64,000 bases of DNA from a virus (IMGVR_UViG_3300035204_001773:1-64000); one strand, 5' to 3'. Shown: positions 8,972 to 17,554, counted from the stretch's first letter. The notes: generated by a model from the letters alone, not told the origin. Made by a program: numbers and translations.

Positions 8972-8987
8972 AGCATGAAGCGTGCCA
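8972..8987 (-). promoter_or_regulatory. Sigma54 (-24/-12) promoter
   Basis: TGGCACGCTTCATGCT vs consensus TGGCAC-N5-TTGCW. Confidence 0.75.
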
Positions 8988-9014
8988 ACTTTTTTTTAGG
9001 GAAAAACGGAAGAA

Positions 9015-9054
9015 TGTCTCTTGTGTGAGACAGTGCGTCTCACTTTTGAGACGC
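9015..9054. promoter_or_regulatory. Tandem palindromic operator/UAS candidates
   Basis: TGTCTC-N6-GAGACA (9015-9032) and GCGTCTCA-N4-TGAGACGC (9035-9054), centres 21 bp apart. Confidence 0.65.
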
Positions 9055-9219
9055 TCTTTTTTTTGCCAAGGGACTTTTTGGCTCACTCTTACGTTTCGAG
9101 CCAGACCGAAAGGTAAGCGAGGGAGCGGTGACGCTGCCACCCCAGTCAATAGAATTATAATTGTCTCTAAATTTTTTAGAGAAACAGTTTCTTGGTTTAT
9201 CCCCTTTTCCGGCACTCAT
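9040..9219 (-). CDS. 59-aa small phage protein
   Basis: Hand translation MSAGKGDKPRNCFSKKFRDNYNSIDWG...; shares DNxxxIDWG with 7697-8143. Confidence 0.65.
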   Translation of the reverse strand: MSAGKGDKPRNCFSKKFRDNYNSIDWGGSVTAPSLTFRSGSKRKSEPKSPLAKKRASQK

Positions 9220-9223
9220 AATT

Positions 9224-9421
9224 TTATACAGATGGGACGATTTCTATATTAACTTCTTCACCTGTAATAAAGCCCTCTTCAACCATGTAAGAGGCAATGG
9301 AAATAGCTTCCTCGTCAGTAATTTCAAAACCACCCCTCTCACATATCTTAAGCATGCCATCTTCAGATACTAAACACGGCAAGCCAAGCACTGTCAAATT
9401 TCTTTTTTTGGGAGACTGCAT
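9224..9421 (-). CDS. Hypothetical protein
   Basis: ORF preceded by GTGTAA motif. Confidence 0.65.
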   Translation of the reverse strand: MQSPKKRNLTVLGLPCLVSEDGMLKICERGGFEITDEEAISIASYMVEEGFITGEEVNIEIVPSV

Positions 9422-9465
9422 TACAGATATACTTACACTGATTTAGTTACGTGTAAACTTTATTA

Positions 9466-9783
9466 ATGAATCTTATTATTGTATCCAAATTAACGTGCAA
9501 CGAAGGCTTATACTTTCGTTATATAAGTATGATGGCTAAACAAGACTTAAATTACTCCGTGTTAATAGAAAGCAACGAAGATAAAATAGATTATTATTAC
9601 AAAAAACTTAAAACGCATGGGTGGTTCGATTTTGTAGATGACTTTGTAACACCAGAACATAATGAAGACGGGGTTAGAATAGATAATGAATTAAATTACC
9701 CAAGAACCATCAAAGTAGATAAGATAACTTGCGAGAACACGTTGAGTTTATTAGGTCAAATTAAATTTTTTGTAGATGTATAA
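9466..9783 (+). CDS. Hypothetical protein
   Basis: ORF preceded by GTGTAA motif. Confidence 0.7.
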   Translation: MNLIIVSKLTCNEGLYFRYISMMAKQDLNYSVLIESNEDKIDYYYKKLKTHGWFDFVDDFVTPEHNEDGVRIDNELNYPRTIKVDKITCENTLSLLGQIKFFVDV

Positions 9784-10741
9784 TGATATAACGATATACC
9801 GACACAAAAGCGAACAGGTAAAAAATAACCCAATTGCTACTGAGTGTCTCCAAACATTATCCCATTTCGAAATGGGGCTAGAAAAACACGGTGTTAAACC
9901 TAATTCAAAATCTTTGGATGATGACTTCGAAGAAAGCGGCTTGTCGGTATTTTGGGGAACAGCAAAGAAATGCACCCCAAGAGGAAGAAGGATAAAAGAA
10001 CTTCAAGATTTTCTAAAGAAAAAAAACAAAGATTGGATAACTATCGAAAGAGGGTATGTAAAAAGACAATCTGACAATGAATTGCAATCAAAGGATACCT
10101 ACTACTCCGTGGGGTTCAATGGCTTGAACGGTCACGCAAATTTTAAAAACAAAGACATGCCATCTGACAGGTGGGAAAAGCTAGATACAGAGTTGCAACC
10201 ATGGAAAAGCGGAGGAGGAAATATACTATTTTGTGGTCAGGTTCCTTGGGATGCAGCTTGTGAAGTGGTCCCAAATTATGAAGAATGGTTAGATAGAACC
10301 ATGGAGAAAGTAAAAGGCTTAACTGATAGAAAAATAATCTTCAGGCCCCACCCATATTTGATAACCTATAATCCAATATTATCATTTACCCCTGTGCTTG
10401 ATTTTGAGGATAAAAATTTTTGGAGAGAACATGGTATAGCAATCCCAGCGCAAGCAGATGTAATCTCTACAGATAGAAGAGCCTCCCTTCATGAAGAAAT
10501 GGAAGACGCATGGATAACAGTTTCCTTGAACTCTAATAGTGGAGTCGAATCTATAATTAATGGCATTCCTACCGTGGCCTGCGGCGAAGGATCTATGGCT
10601 AAAGAAATATGCACTGATCTAAAAAATATAGAATCACCCCACAAGCCCGATAGAAAACAGTGGGCATATAACCTAGCTTATAGTCAGTGGACCACAGAAG
10701 AAATGAAAGAGGGTCTTACTTGGGAACATCTAAAGAACTAG
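9776..10741 (+). CDS. Capsule-synthesis-like (GT-B) protein
   Basis: IERGY, GQVPWDA, FRPHP, NSNSGVESIINGIP, LAYSQWT. Confidence 0.75.
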   Translation: MYNDITIYRHKSEQVKNNPIATECLQTLSHFEMGLEKHGVKPNSKSLDDDFEESGLSVFWGTAKKCTPRGRRIKELQDFLKKKNKDWITIERGYVKRQSDNELQSKDTYYSVGFNGLNGHANFKNKDMPSDRWEKLDTELQPWKSGGGNILFCGQVPWDAACEVVPNYEEWLDRTMEKVKGLTDRKIIFRPHPYLITYNPILSFTPVLDFEDKNFWREHGIAIPAQADVISTDRRASLHEEMEDAWITVSLNSNSGVESIINGIPTVACGEGSMAKEICTDLKNIESPHKPDRKQWAYNLAYSQWTTEEMKEGLTWEHLKN

Positions 10742-11498
10742 AGCTTAGTTGGCTTCTAAGAAATGAACCCTTATCATGCTCAATATACATTCCCCAACGC
10801 GTGAATGGTATAACATGCTGTGACGTGCTATGGCCATTAGAATTAACATGATTCGCCGCAGAAACCCCCTCTGCAAAATCCTGAACTAAATGCGGCCACC
10901 TTTCTCTAGACTTAGCTAAGATAAAGCTATCGTCCCATCTGGGTAATCTTCTAAAATTTTGATTAGTATAAATTGACATAACAAAATTATAAAATTCTAT
11001 AGCAAACCCAGAAAGACCGTCAACCACAACCACTCCAGCCTCCACGGAATCTCTATCACCCTGAAATAAACCCACGGGTTTTTCTAAAATATCACCCACG
11101 AAACTCTCAGGAATCGGCTTTATAATTCGTGCGTCTGCATCCAAAAAAACGTTAACACCTTTATACCTCTTTCTTACGACGGCGTCATACTGCATAAGAA
11201 CTTTATGAAACCAACCAAACCACCGCTCATTCCACATGCCTAAGTCTTTTGCTAACCCGCCTTGAGAAACATCAATGACATCTTTATTGTTGTTGAAAAC
11301 TTCAGAAAATTCGGGAAGATTTCTAATTTTTACAAGTTGCAAATTTAAATTTCTAGATGATATATCATCAATATTTTCTTCAGAAACGTCTTCGTAAATC
11401 CAAACTTCGGCTTCTGGCACATTCTCCTCTACGCTGTCTAACAAGCTTTTGCCTGATAAATTATAAATCTTGTCATTGAATGTCGATAATATCCTCAT
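10716..11498 (-). CDS. GT-A-like / nucleotide-diphospho-sugar transferase-like protein
   Basis: FHKV...FLDAD (DxD), WDDSF, HDKG; start taken at MRILS. Confidence 0.6.
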   Translation of the reverse strand: MRILSTFNDKIYNLSGKSLLDSVEENVPEAEVWIYEDVSEENIDDISSRNLNLQLVKIRNLPEFSEVFNNNKDVIDVSQGGLAKDLGMWNERWFGWFHKVLMQYDAVVRKRYKGVNVFLDADARIIKPIPESFVGDILEKPVGLFQGDRDSVEAGVVVVDGLSGFAIEFYNFVMSIYTNQNFRRLPRWDDSFILAKSRERWPHLVQDFAEGVSAANHVNSNGHSTSQHVIPFTRWGMYIEHDKGSFLRSQLSSSSLDVPK

Positions 11499-11523
11499 TT
11501 CTATTTTTCCTTTCCATTTATTC

Positions 11524-12204
11524 CTATTCCCAGTTAATGTCTCGTTCGCCAAACTCAAACTTCTGCTTTATTCCTAACCCCTTGGGAAAGAAGTTTCGTA
11601 GCATTTCTATGTCTCCCCTATCCATTGTTAAGCCCTCTGGTAAAACAGCTCTTCTTTTTTTTACTATAACGGTTTGATTGTTGCCATAAGCCTTGTAACT
11701 TGCATCACCGCAATCAAAGCCTGCAAGAATCAAGTGGTAAAAAAGAGTTGCTGGAGTAAATTGATTTACATGACCGCCGACCAACTTGGTCCTCACCGGG
11801 GGTACTGATATTAACAAAATTCCATCATTCTTTAATAAGCTGAAAATTTTCTTCAAAAACTTATTTACATTTAGTGAGTGCTCTAATATGTGGCTACAAA
11901 ATAGGCAGTCGTATTTCTTTTCAAAATCTATTTCTAAAAAATCCCCCAAGAAGCTAATTTCATCCTTTCTCTGCTTGGCATAAAAACTAGTACCGAAATC
12001 GACCGTGTCAACAATTTTACCCGCTTCTCTTAAAACGCTTGCATGCTCTCCCGCTCCCGAACCGACATCTAAAACGGTTTTAAAAGAGTAATCTTTAAGT
12101 AGCTTAGCTACCCCCTTGCTTGATGTAGTCAAAGATCCTATCTTTCCCGTTAAGATAAGATCTCGCCTTGCGCGTAATAGAAAAGAGTCTTCCACTAGTG
12201 TCAT
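11524..12204 (-). CDS. Class I SAM methyltransferase
   Basis: VLDVGSGAG, SHILEH, LISVP. Confidence 0.9.
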   Translation of the reverse strand: MTLVEDSFLLRARRDLILTGKIGSLTTSSKGVAKLLKDYSFKTVLDVGSGAGEHASVLREAGKIVDTVDFGTSFYAKQRKDEISFLGDFLEIDFEKKYDCLFCSHILEHSLNVNKFLKKIFSLLKNDGILLISVPPVRTKLVGGHVNQFTPATLFYHLILAGFDCGDASYKAYGNNQTVIVKKRRAVLPEGLTMDRGDIEMLRNFFPKGLGIKQKFEFGERDINWE

Positions 12205-12222
12205 TTCTTTACATATTATACT

Positions 12223-13011
12223 TTAAACCCACCAGAGTTCATAATATTTCTCAACATTTTGATGCCAAGCATTTACGTCCATATGATTCTCGTTGGGAAC
12301 CCAATTTGGGAAAATATTTTCAAACACCATTCCGTGGCAGTCATCAAAACCTTTTATAAAATCATTACTCCCCGCAAAAATAGTATGAGGCTGGTCATCA
12401 AGCATGGTTGATGCTTCTCGAAGCTCTTGAGAAAAATCCTCGCAATATACAAATCCATATCTAGAGAACGCATCTATCCAATATTCTTTAGATTTACAAT
12501 TTACGTGATGGTGGCCGGTGTGTCCGGGAGGAGCGGCGGTACATATAGCATACCTAGAAGTTTGAAACGCATGCATGTAGTTCGGCATATATTTTTCCTC
12601 TACGTGCTCTAAAAATTCAACACTGAAAGACAGATCACTGTGAATCCCTTCTATAAGAGGACACGGACCCATGGTAAAATCATGACACACGCAATTTAGG
12701 GGCTCACCCACATCTCTCATGCCCGCCTCTTCCCAAATCGCGGGTAATATGGGATCACCATCTATACCTCTGGCCGCAAGCCCCTTTTGCGTTGCGTAGC
12801 TAATCATAGTACCAAGACCACATCCCACCTCCAAAAAGGTCTTTACGTTAAATTTCTTGATCGCCCAATCAAGCGCACCAAAGTCTGTGTGACAAACCAT
12901 CTGGTGCCCACCTAGATGAGGCGGTGTCTCTATAATCTTTGCTTTATCTTGCGTCATATATATATTTGGACATAGCTGAGATGCAAGAGCTTTAATTTCG
13001 TCCTTTGTCAT
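12223..13011 (-). CDS. Class I SAM methyltransferase
   Basis: LEVGCGLG, EFLEHV, GHHHVNC. Confidence 0.85.
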   Translation of the reverse strand: MTKDEIKALASQLCPNIYMTQDKAKIIETPPHLGGHQMVCHTDFGALDWAIKKFNVKTFLEVGCGLGTMISYATQKGLAARGIDGDPILPAIWEEAGMRDVGEPLNCVCHDFTMGPCPLIEGIHSDLSFSVEFLEHVEEKYMPNYMHAFQTSRYAICTAAPPGHTGHHHVNCKSKEYWIDAFSRYGFVYCEDFSQELREASTMLDDQPHTIFAGSNDFIKGFDDCHGMVFENIFPNWVPNENHMDVNAWHQNVEKYYELWWV

Positions 13012-13029
13012 TATGTAACTTTTCTAAAT

Positions 13030-13117
13030 TGGTAGCGAAGGCGGGACTCGAACCCGCAAGCCTTGTCCCAGCGGCAGATTTTAAGTCTGCTGTGTATACC
13101 AATTCCACCACTTCGCC
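13030..13117 (-). tRNA. tRNA-Leu(UAA)
   Basis: Cloverleaf, long variable arm, loop CT-TAA-AA, GGTTCGAGTCC, encoded CCA. Confidence 0.95.
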
Positions 13118-13122
13118 ATTTT

Positions 13123-13764
13123 TCATCGTCTAACTTTTCTTAAATATCCAATTGTGTTAAATGTGGTATTCCTTCCAAAAAAATCGCAATATTCCCGATC
13201 CAAAACAAATTTAGCACCACCGCGATCATAATCACATAAAAAATCCTCAACAGCACAAGCGGGGTTGTCTCTTAACTCTTCGCTCATCGGGTTTAGCACT
13301 CCTAAAATCCCGTCTTCTACGATATAATACGAATCTAGGCTAACTATTTTCGAAAATTTATCCAAAGCGGCAGAAACCCCACTATAAGTATGACAACCAT
13401 CATCTATTACCATTATTTTTTTAAAATCCCTAGCTAGAAGGACGTCATACTGCTCCCAGCCCTCAGTAAACCTAGTGATCCTAGGATCGTCTATTACCTT
13501 TTGGCTTACTACGCAATCTGGAGGATTTGGAATATCTATGGTATGAACAACGCCACCATGCGCCTCTTGTAAATCAGACAAGTATAAAGCTTGCCCCCCC
13601 ATATGAGTTCCTATTTCTATTACGAGATCAGGTTTAATTTCCCAGATAAGCATTTGATATAGCACGTAATCAAATGGGCAAGATAAACAGGGCACACCCT
13701 TATACTTAACTCTGCGATGTCCCTCGTAAATTGTGTTCAAGTTCAATTCAATGCTTTTATCCAT
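13123..13764 (-). CDS. CmcI / rhamnosyl O-methyltransferase-like protein
   Basis: PFDYVLYQMLIWEIKPDLVIEIGT..GG, DDGCH, YYIVED. Confidence 0.85.
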   Translation of the reverse strand: MDKSIELNLNTIYEGHRRVKYKGVPCLSCPFDYVLYQMLIWEIKPDLVIEIGTHMGGQALYLSDLQEAHGGVVHTIDIPNPPDCVVSQKVIDDPRITRFTEGWEQYDVLLARDFKKIMVIDDGCHTYSGVSAALDKFSKIVSLDSYYIVEDGILGVLNPMSEELRDNPACAVEDFLCDYDRGGAKFVLDREYCDFFGRNTTFNTIGYLRKVRR

Positions 13765-14320
13765 GCACTATCTCCTCCTTGTAAATCCATTTTATTTCAT
13801 TAAAATATTTTTTTGAAATACTTCGCTTCTTATCTCTATTTTTACCACCATTTAAAAACTTGTCTTTCGCATGGAATACTCCAAGAGCCAAGCCGCCCTC
13901 AAAGTTTAAAGATGACAAAACACAAAGTTTTCCCACGCATTCTGGCGGGATCATCCAAGAATTTTTTACGCTAAATTTGCAATCTATTTCTACCCCGTTT
14001 ATCTCAAAATCTAAAGCTCTACCATTTTTTAGGGAAAATATCCTTCTTATCTTATCTTCGAAAACAGAACCCATAATCGTTTTTTGAGTCTTGTCTAGCT
14101 CGCTTAAAGAGCTCTTTCCAAAAAGATCGAGAACCCGAGTAAGCGTAGTCCTCAACGCAAGCTCTATTTTATCCTCGTAGTTATCTACCTTTTTAAAAAA
14201 ATCAACTATGGTACGAGTAGAAGGATTCGAACCTCCGACCTGCGCGGTGTAAACGCGATGCTCTCCCGCTGAGCTATACTCGCTACGTTTTAAAAAAGCA
14301 CTCATAATTTTTAACGCCAT
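13757..14320 (-). CDS. NaeI-family endonuclease domain (start uncertain; frame is open through tRNA-Val)
   Basis: LDKTQKTIMG, EIDCKFS, WMIPPE, NRDKKR match NaeI N-terminal motifs as recalled. Confidence 0.8.
   Translation of the reverse strand: MALKIMSAFLKRSEYSSAGEHRVYTAQVGGSNPSTRTIVDFFKKVDNYEDKIELALRTTLTRVLDLFGKSSLSELDKTQKTIMGSVFEDKIRRIFSLKNGRALDFEINGVEIDCKFSVKNSWMIPPECVGKLCVLSSLNFEGGLALGVFHAKDKFLNGGKNRDKKRSISKKYFNEIKWIYKEEIVHG
14209..14283 (-). tRNA. tRNA-Val(UAC)
   Basis: Cloverleaf, loop TT-TAC-AC, GGTTCGAATCC, CCA. Confidence 0.95.
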
Positions 14321-14472
14321 CTATCTGGGTTCTGCTCCCTCTGCCTTCTCATATACTCCCTCTTCTGCCTGCGTCGTCTCTCTGGGTCTCTGGCGTCGTA
14401 CGCCCTGCGAGCTCTCCGTAAAGCTCGCTTGCCTTTTTCTGTCTTGGAATATGTTTTCTGGGATTTGGGCAT
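14311..14472 (-). CDS. 53-aa Arg-rich protein
   Basis: MPKSQKTYSKTEKGKRALRRA...; start reassigned using the repeated upstream element. Confidence 0.65.
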   Translation of the reverse strand: MPKSQKTYSKTEKGKRALRRARRAYDARDPERRRRQKREYMRRQREQNPDRWR

Positions 14473-14482
14473 ATCGTCCACC

Positions 14483-15634
14483 TTAGCTTTGATGTTCGTC
14501 GGGGGGGAATATTCGATTTTTTTTGATATCCCTCGATAAATCCTCACAAAGATCGTCGATTATTTTTTTTGAAACGCTAGGCATGCATATCATATGCGCC
14601 TCCCCCTCTTGAACCGCTAGCTTCCACTTTTTACATGTATCCTCGCTGGGTCTAGGAAAAACCACTGTGACTGCGTGATCATTTTTCCAAGCCCTGATAC
14701 CCGCGTCATTAAATTTACGAACAGCATATTCTGCATTTCTTATACAAAGCCTCACCTCTCTTTTAAAACCGTCGAAGCCATATTTTCTAATTGCATACCA
14801 TAATAATATTGGCGTGAATCCATTTCTAGAACCACTGATGGTACTATCCAATGACCCCACGTACTCCACCGCTCTCGAGACCCTACCGACGTTGCTCTTT
14901 AAGGCTAAGACCACGCCGCATGGAATTGGAGAGCCGATGAATTTGTGCCCACTAATTGATAGACTTTGTACTCCAGTGGTAAAATCAAAACGAGGAGAAT
15001 CGTCAATGAAGGGCAGCGTCATTCCTCCTAAAGCCGCGTCTACGTGAATATAATATTCTGGTATCGCTAGCTCTTTCAGAACCTTTTTTATTTCATTTAT
15101 ATTATCAAACCCCTCTTTCATGGTTGTGCCCATGTTGGCAAAAATAATAGGGGGAGCACTTCTCCAAGTAGCTATCATATCATGTAAGTCTTGATAATCC
15201 ATTTCGCCATTCTTCCTAGACTTTATCATTACGTGATCCATATTAAGCACTCGGATATTTTTACTGACACTATAATGAGTATCTTGAGAATAATAAACAA
15301 CGCCCTTGGGGTATAATTCTCTAGCTAAATAAAGACCATACATATTGCCTTCTGTCCCGCCATTTGTAACATAGCCCCAATAGTTATCTGATGGAGCATT
15401 ATGCAATTTAGCGAACCAATCTAAAACGTCTCTTTCTATACCTCTAGAATCTAAACCATAATAACTAGAACAAAAGGGATCACCCACGTTATTCAGGGGT
15501 ATAGCTAAAAAATCAAATAGCTCAGAATAATCAAACGCCGAATTTACAGGGTAACCGACGAAAGTCTCTTTCTCTTCAAGGAGAAACTCTTTGAACTGCT
15601 TTAATAAATCTTTATCTTTTTCGTTCAGCTGCAT
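14483..15634 (-). CDS. hdcA: PLP-dependent histidine decarboxylase-like (group II)
   Basis: GYP, LNNVGDP, WGYVTNGGTEGN, DTHYSV, HVDAAL, SGHKFIGSPIPCG, GSRNG. Confidence 0.88.
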   Translation of the reverse strand: MQLNEKDKDLLKQFKEFLLEEKETFVGYPVNSAFDYSELFDFLAIPLNNVGDPFCSSYYGLDSRGIERDVLDWFAKLHNAPSDNYWGYVTNGGTEGNMYGLYLARELYPKGVVYYSQDTHYSVSKNIRVLNMDHVMIKSRKNGEMDYQDLHDMIATWRSAPPIIFANMGTTMKEGFDNINEIKKVLKELAIPEYYIHVDAALGGMTLPFIDDSPRFDFTTGVQSLSISGHKFIGSPIPCGVVLALKSNVGRVSRAVEYVGSLDSTISGSRNGFTPILLWYAIRKYGFDGFKREVRLCIRNAEYAVRKFNDAGIRAWKNDHAVTVVFPRPSEDTCKKWKLAVQEGEAHMICMPSVSKKIIDDLCEDLSRDIKKNRIFPPDEHQS

Positions 15635-15692
15635 ATATCGTCCACTATAGTGAGTCGATCTCCCGGGGGGAATTATTCGTTTTTTTATGTAC

Positions 15693-15729
15693 AAAAAAAT
15701 AACCCCCTCAGAATTTCTCCAAGGGGGTC
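15693..15729 (-). terminator. Intrinsic terminator
   Basis: GACCCCCTTGGA...TCTGAGGGGGTT followed by a T-run. Confidence 0.75.
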
Positions 15730-15753
15730 TTGCTGTTTTGTCGTCTAACTAAG

Positions 15754-15951
15754 TTACTTTCTTTTTTTGACCGTTTCCGTTGGTTTGACCTCTGCTTTCA
15801 CAAAGGGAAGCGTTAAGCTTGCCCCTTTAGAACCAGCTGCGGCACCAAGTACTTCGGTCTCATTAGCTTTAGTGCCAATAGTAACACCAGTTTGACAACC
15901 CGACGCCACAATTAGCAACGCCCCAACAATTGATAGTAATACTGTCTTCAT
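15754..15951 (-). CDS. Small lipoprotein
   Basis: Lipobox-like ASGC after a hydrophobic leader. Confidence 0.7.
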   Translation of the reverse strand: MKTVLLSIVGALLIVASGCQTGVTIGTKANETEVLGAAAGSKGASLTLPFVKAEVKPTETVKKRK

Positions 15952-16001
15952 TTATTTAGTTTGAGGTGAGACGCGTCGATCATAACTCTATTCAAAAGAA
16001 A

Positions 16002-16402
16002 TGGTGGAAGCGGCGGGAGTCGAACCCGCGTCTTTAAAGCCATCGGCTTAAATATACTACAAGCTTAGTCAGTGTTAATTTTCGTGCTTCATCACTGACA
16101 ACTACACACGAGGTTGGAGGCACTTTATTTATCCTAGACTCCTCACCCTTCCTAGTTTTTTGCTCGCTGTCGACGCCCTATCTCCTTAACGAGCATCCAG
16201 AGTAGGACGGGGCAGAACTAAGCTGCCAGCGCGGCTTCTTGGAAACCGAAACGAGCGAGAATCTCGTCCGCTTCTGCTACCGAAGGAGCCATGTCAACAT
16301 TATCGTTGGCATATATGTTTTTGACAGTTTTTTTAAGAGGCCAACTATCATCCTCTGCTTGCAATTTAGCGTAAGGTTCTAAATCGAATCCAGTACGCTC
16401 CC
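16002..16402 (-). ncRNA. ssrA: tmRNA
   Basis: 5' GGGAGCGTACTGGATTCGA; 3' GCGGGTTCGACTCCCGCCGCTTCCACCA; G3.U acceptor pair; tag ORF 16310-16218 ending ALAA*. Confidence 0.95.
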
Positions 16403-16413
16403 ATAAAATAAAA

Positions 16414-16488
16414 TGGCAACCATACGTGCTTCGTCCATCGCACCGGTGACGAGCTCAAGCGGACATACTGCCGAATTACAGGTCGCCA
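16414..16488 (-). ncRNA. Candidate small structured RNA upstream of tmRNA
   Basis: Closing helix TGGCGACC/GGTTGCCA, inner GTCC/GGAC with AGTA/GAA loop; GC-rich island. Confidence 0.45.
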
Positions 16489-16512
16489 AAATTCTTTTCA
16501 CAATATATTACA

Positions 16513-16596
16513 TTATTTTTTAGTGATATACCATAAATAAATCATTAATCCTATAAACGGTAACCACAGTAATGATAACATTAAAATTTCCATCAT
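16513..16596 (-). CDS. 27-aa membrane peptide
   Basis: Hand translation MMEILMLSLLWLPFIGLMIYLWYITKK; ATGA-coupled. Confidence 0.45.
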   Translation of the reverse strand: MMEILMLSLLWLPFIGLMIYLWYITKK

Positions 16597-17117
16597 TTAT
16601 AAAATGTAACATTTAAGTTCCACGGCTCGCTTTCATTACGTTTAAAATTTTGATAACCACATCTTTCAGCTAGGCTCTCTAGTGAATGTATATCATACCC
16701 ACTTTTATGTACGTCCCAAAGAAATTTATCGGCCGTAAAGCTGCCTAGCCCATTGGCCTCTTGTTGCCAACCATAAATGCTAGCAATGGCGTGCCTAAAG
16801 CTGGGCGTGCCGTTGCCGTCTCTATTATTAAAATATTCTAAATATTCTTTCGCATGATAATGCAAATCTGGAACCTCCATCCTAACTTCTCCACCTTTTT
16901 TTAGAATTTTGCGCCAAACCCCTAGGGTCTTTTCGCCTTGAGCGAATGTAAGGTGCTCGAACATGTGCCTCGAATAAATTGCCTCTATGCTATTTGCTTC
17001 GACGTGGTGATGAATGTCCCAGCAGGCGCAGACATATGTCACCCCTAAAAGGTTTCTAATATCGGAACTAACATACCCCTCTTTCGCGTTGTCACCCGCT
17101 CCAAATTCTATTTTCAT
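16593..17117 (-). CDS. SAM methyltransferase (type 11-like)
   Basis: IEFGAG, IYSRHMFEHL, LKKGG...VPD. Confidence 0.85.
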   Translation of the reverse strand: MKIEFGAGDNAKEGYVSSDIRNLLGVTYVCACWDIHHHVEANSIEAIYSRHMFEHLTFAQGEKTLGVWRKILKKGGEVRMEVPDLHYHAKEYLEYFNNRDGNGTPSFRHAIASIYGWQQEANGLGSFTADKFLWDVHKSGYDIHSLESLAERCGYQNFKRNESEPWNLNVTFYK

Positions 17118-17124
17118 AATCTCA

Positions 17125-17201
17125 TGGTACTCCCGGTGCGACTCGAACGCACGACCCTCTGTTTAGAAGACAGATGCTCTATCCAACTGAGCTACAGGAG
17201 C
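17125..17201 (-). tRNA. tRNA-Arg(UCU)
   Basis: Cloverleaf, loop CT-TCT-AA, CCA; own TTGACA promoter 17212-17241. Confidence 0.95.
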
Positions 17202-17244
17202 ATACTTATATATGCTAACATACTTTTTAAGAAAGTGTCAAGCC

Positions 17245-17499
17245 TTAAGCCCGCTTGGTATAAGCGAAGGGTGCTCCGTAGGGGTTATTTTCTTTAAGAA
17301 CCGAGTATTTGCTAACCAATCGAAGAAGATCTTTATAGTAGGGGTGATCTTTATCCTCCCAGTGCTCTAGCATAAGCTTTAGGTGGTCCACTAAGTTTTG
17401 ATTAGCCTCCTTAGGAACATCGGCACTGTGCTTCGGCATATGATCCTCTTCATAAGCCTTAATTTGCTCGGTAAAATCAATAATCTTCACATCTTTCAT
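17245..17499 (-). CDS. Hypothetical protein
   Basis: ORF preceded by GTGTAA motif. Confidence 0.7.
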   Translation of the reverse strand: MKDVKIIDFTEQIKAYEEDHMPKHSADVPKEANQNLVDHLKLMLEHWEDKDHPYYKDLLRLVSKYSVLKENNPYGAPFAYTKRA

Positions 17500-17517
17500 G
17501 ACATTAAATATTACACG

Positions 17518-17554
17518 AAAAACACGCAGCAGAGGTAAAATACATGCTGCGTGT
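17518..17554 (-). terminator. Intrinsic terminator
   Basis: 10-bp inverted repeat ACACGCAGCA/TGCTGCGTGT followed by T-run on the minus strand. Confidence 0.7.

Noticed and set aside
9078-9140. GC-rich hairpins resembling SRP or a ribozyme (ACC-GAAA-GGT, GGCTC/GAGCC)
   Set aside because: No exact SRP, HDV or hammerhead core, and the region lies inside a plausible 59-aa ORF (9040-9219). A dual role cannot be excluded.
8961-9215. N-terminal 85-aa extension of Hsp20 in the ORF track
   Set aside because: It overlaps the sigma54 promoter and another ORF; the true start is probably 8960.
15645-15657. CGACTCACTATAG, the T7 promoter core, on the minus strand
   Set aside because: It lacks the TAATA upstream and GGG downstream, only one copy was noticed, and no single-subunit RNAP is in the window. 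It is explained as the -10 of the duplicated element; no vector context.
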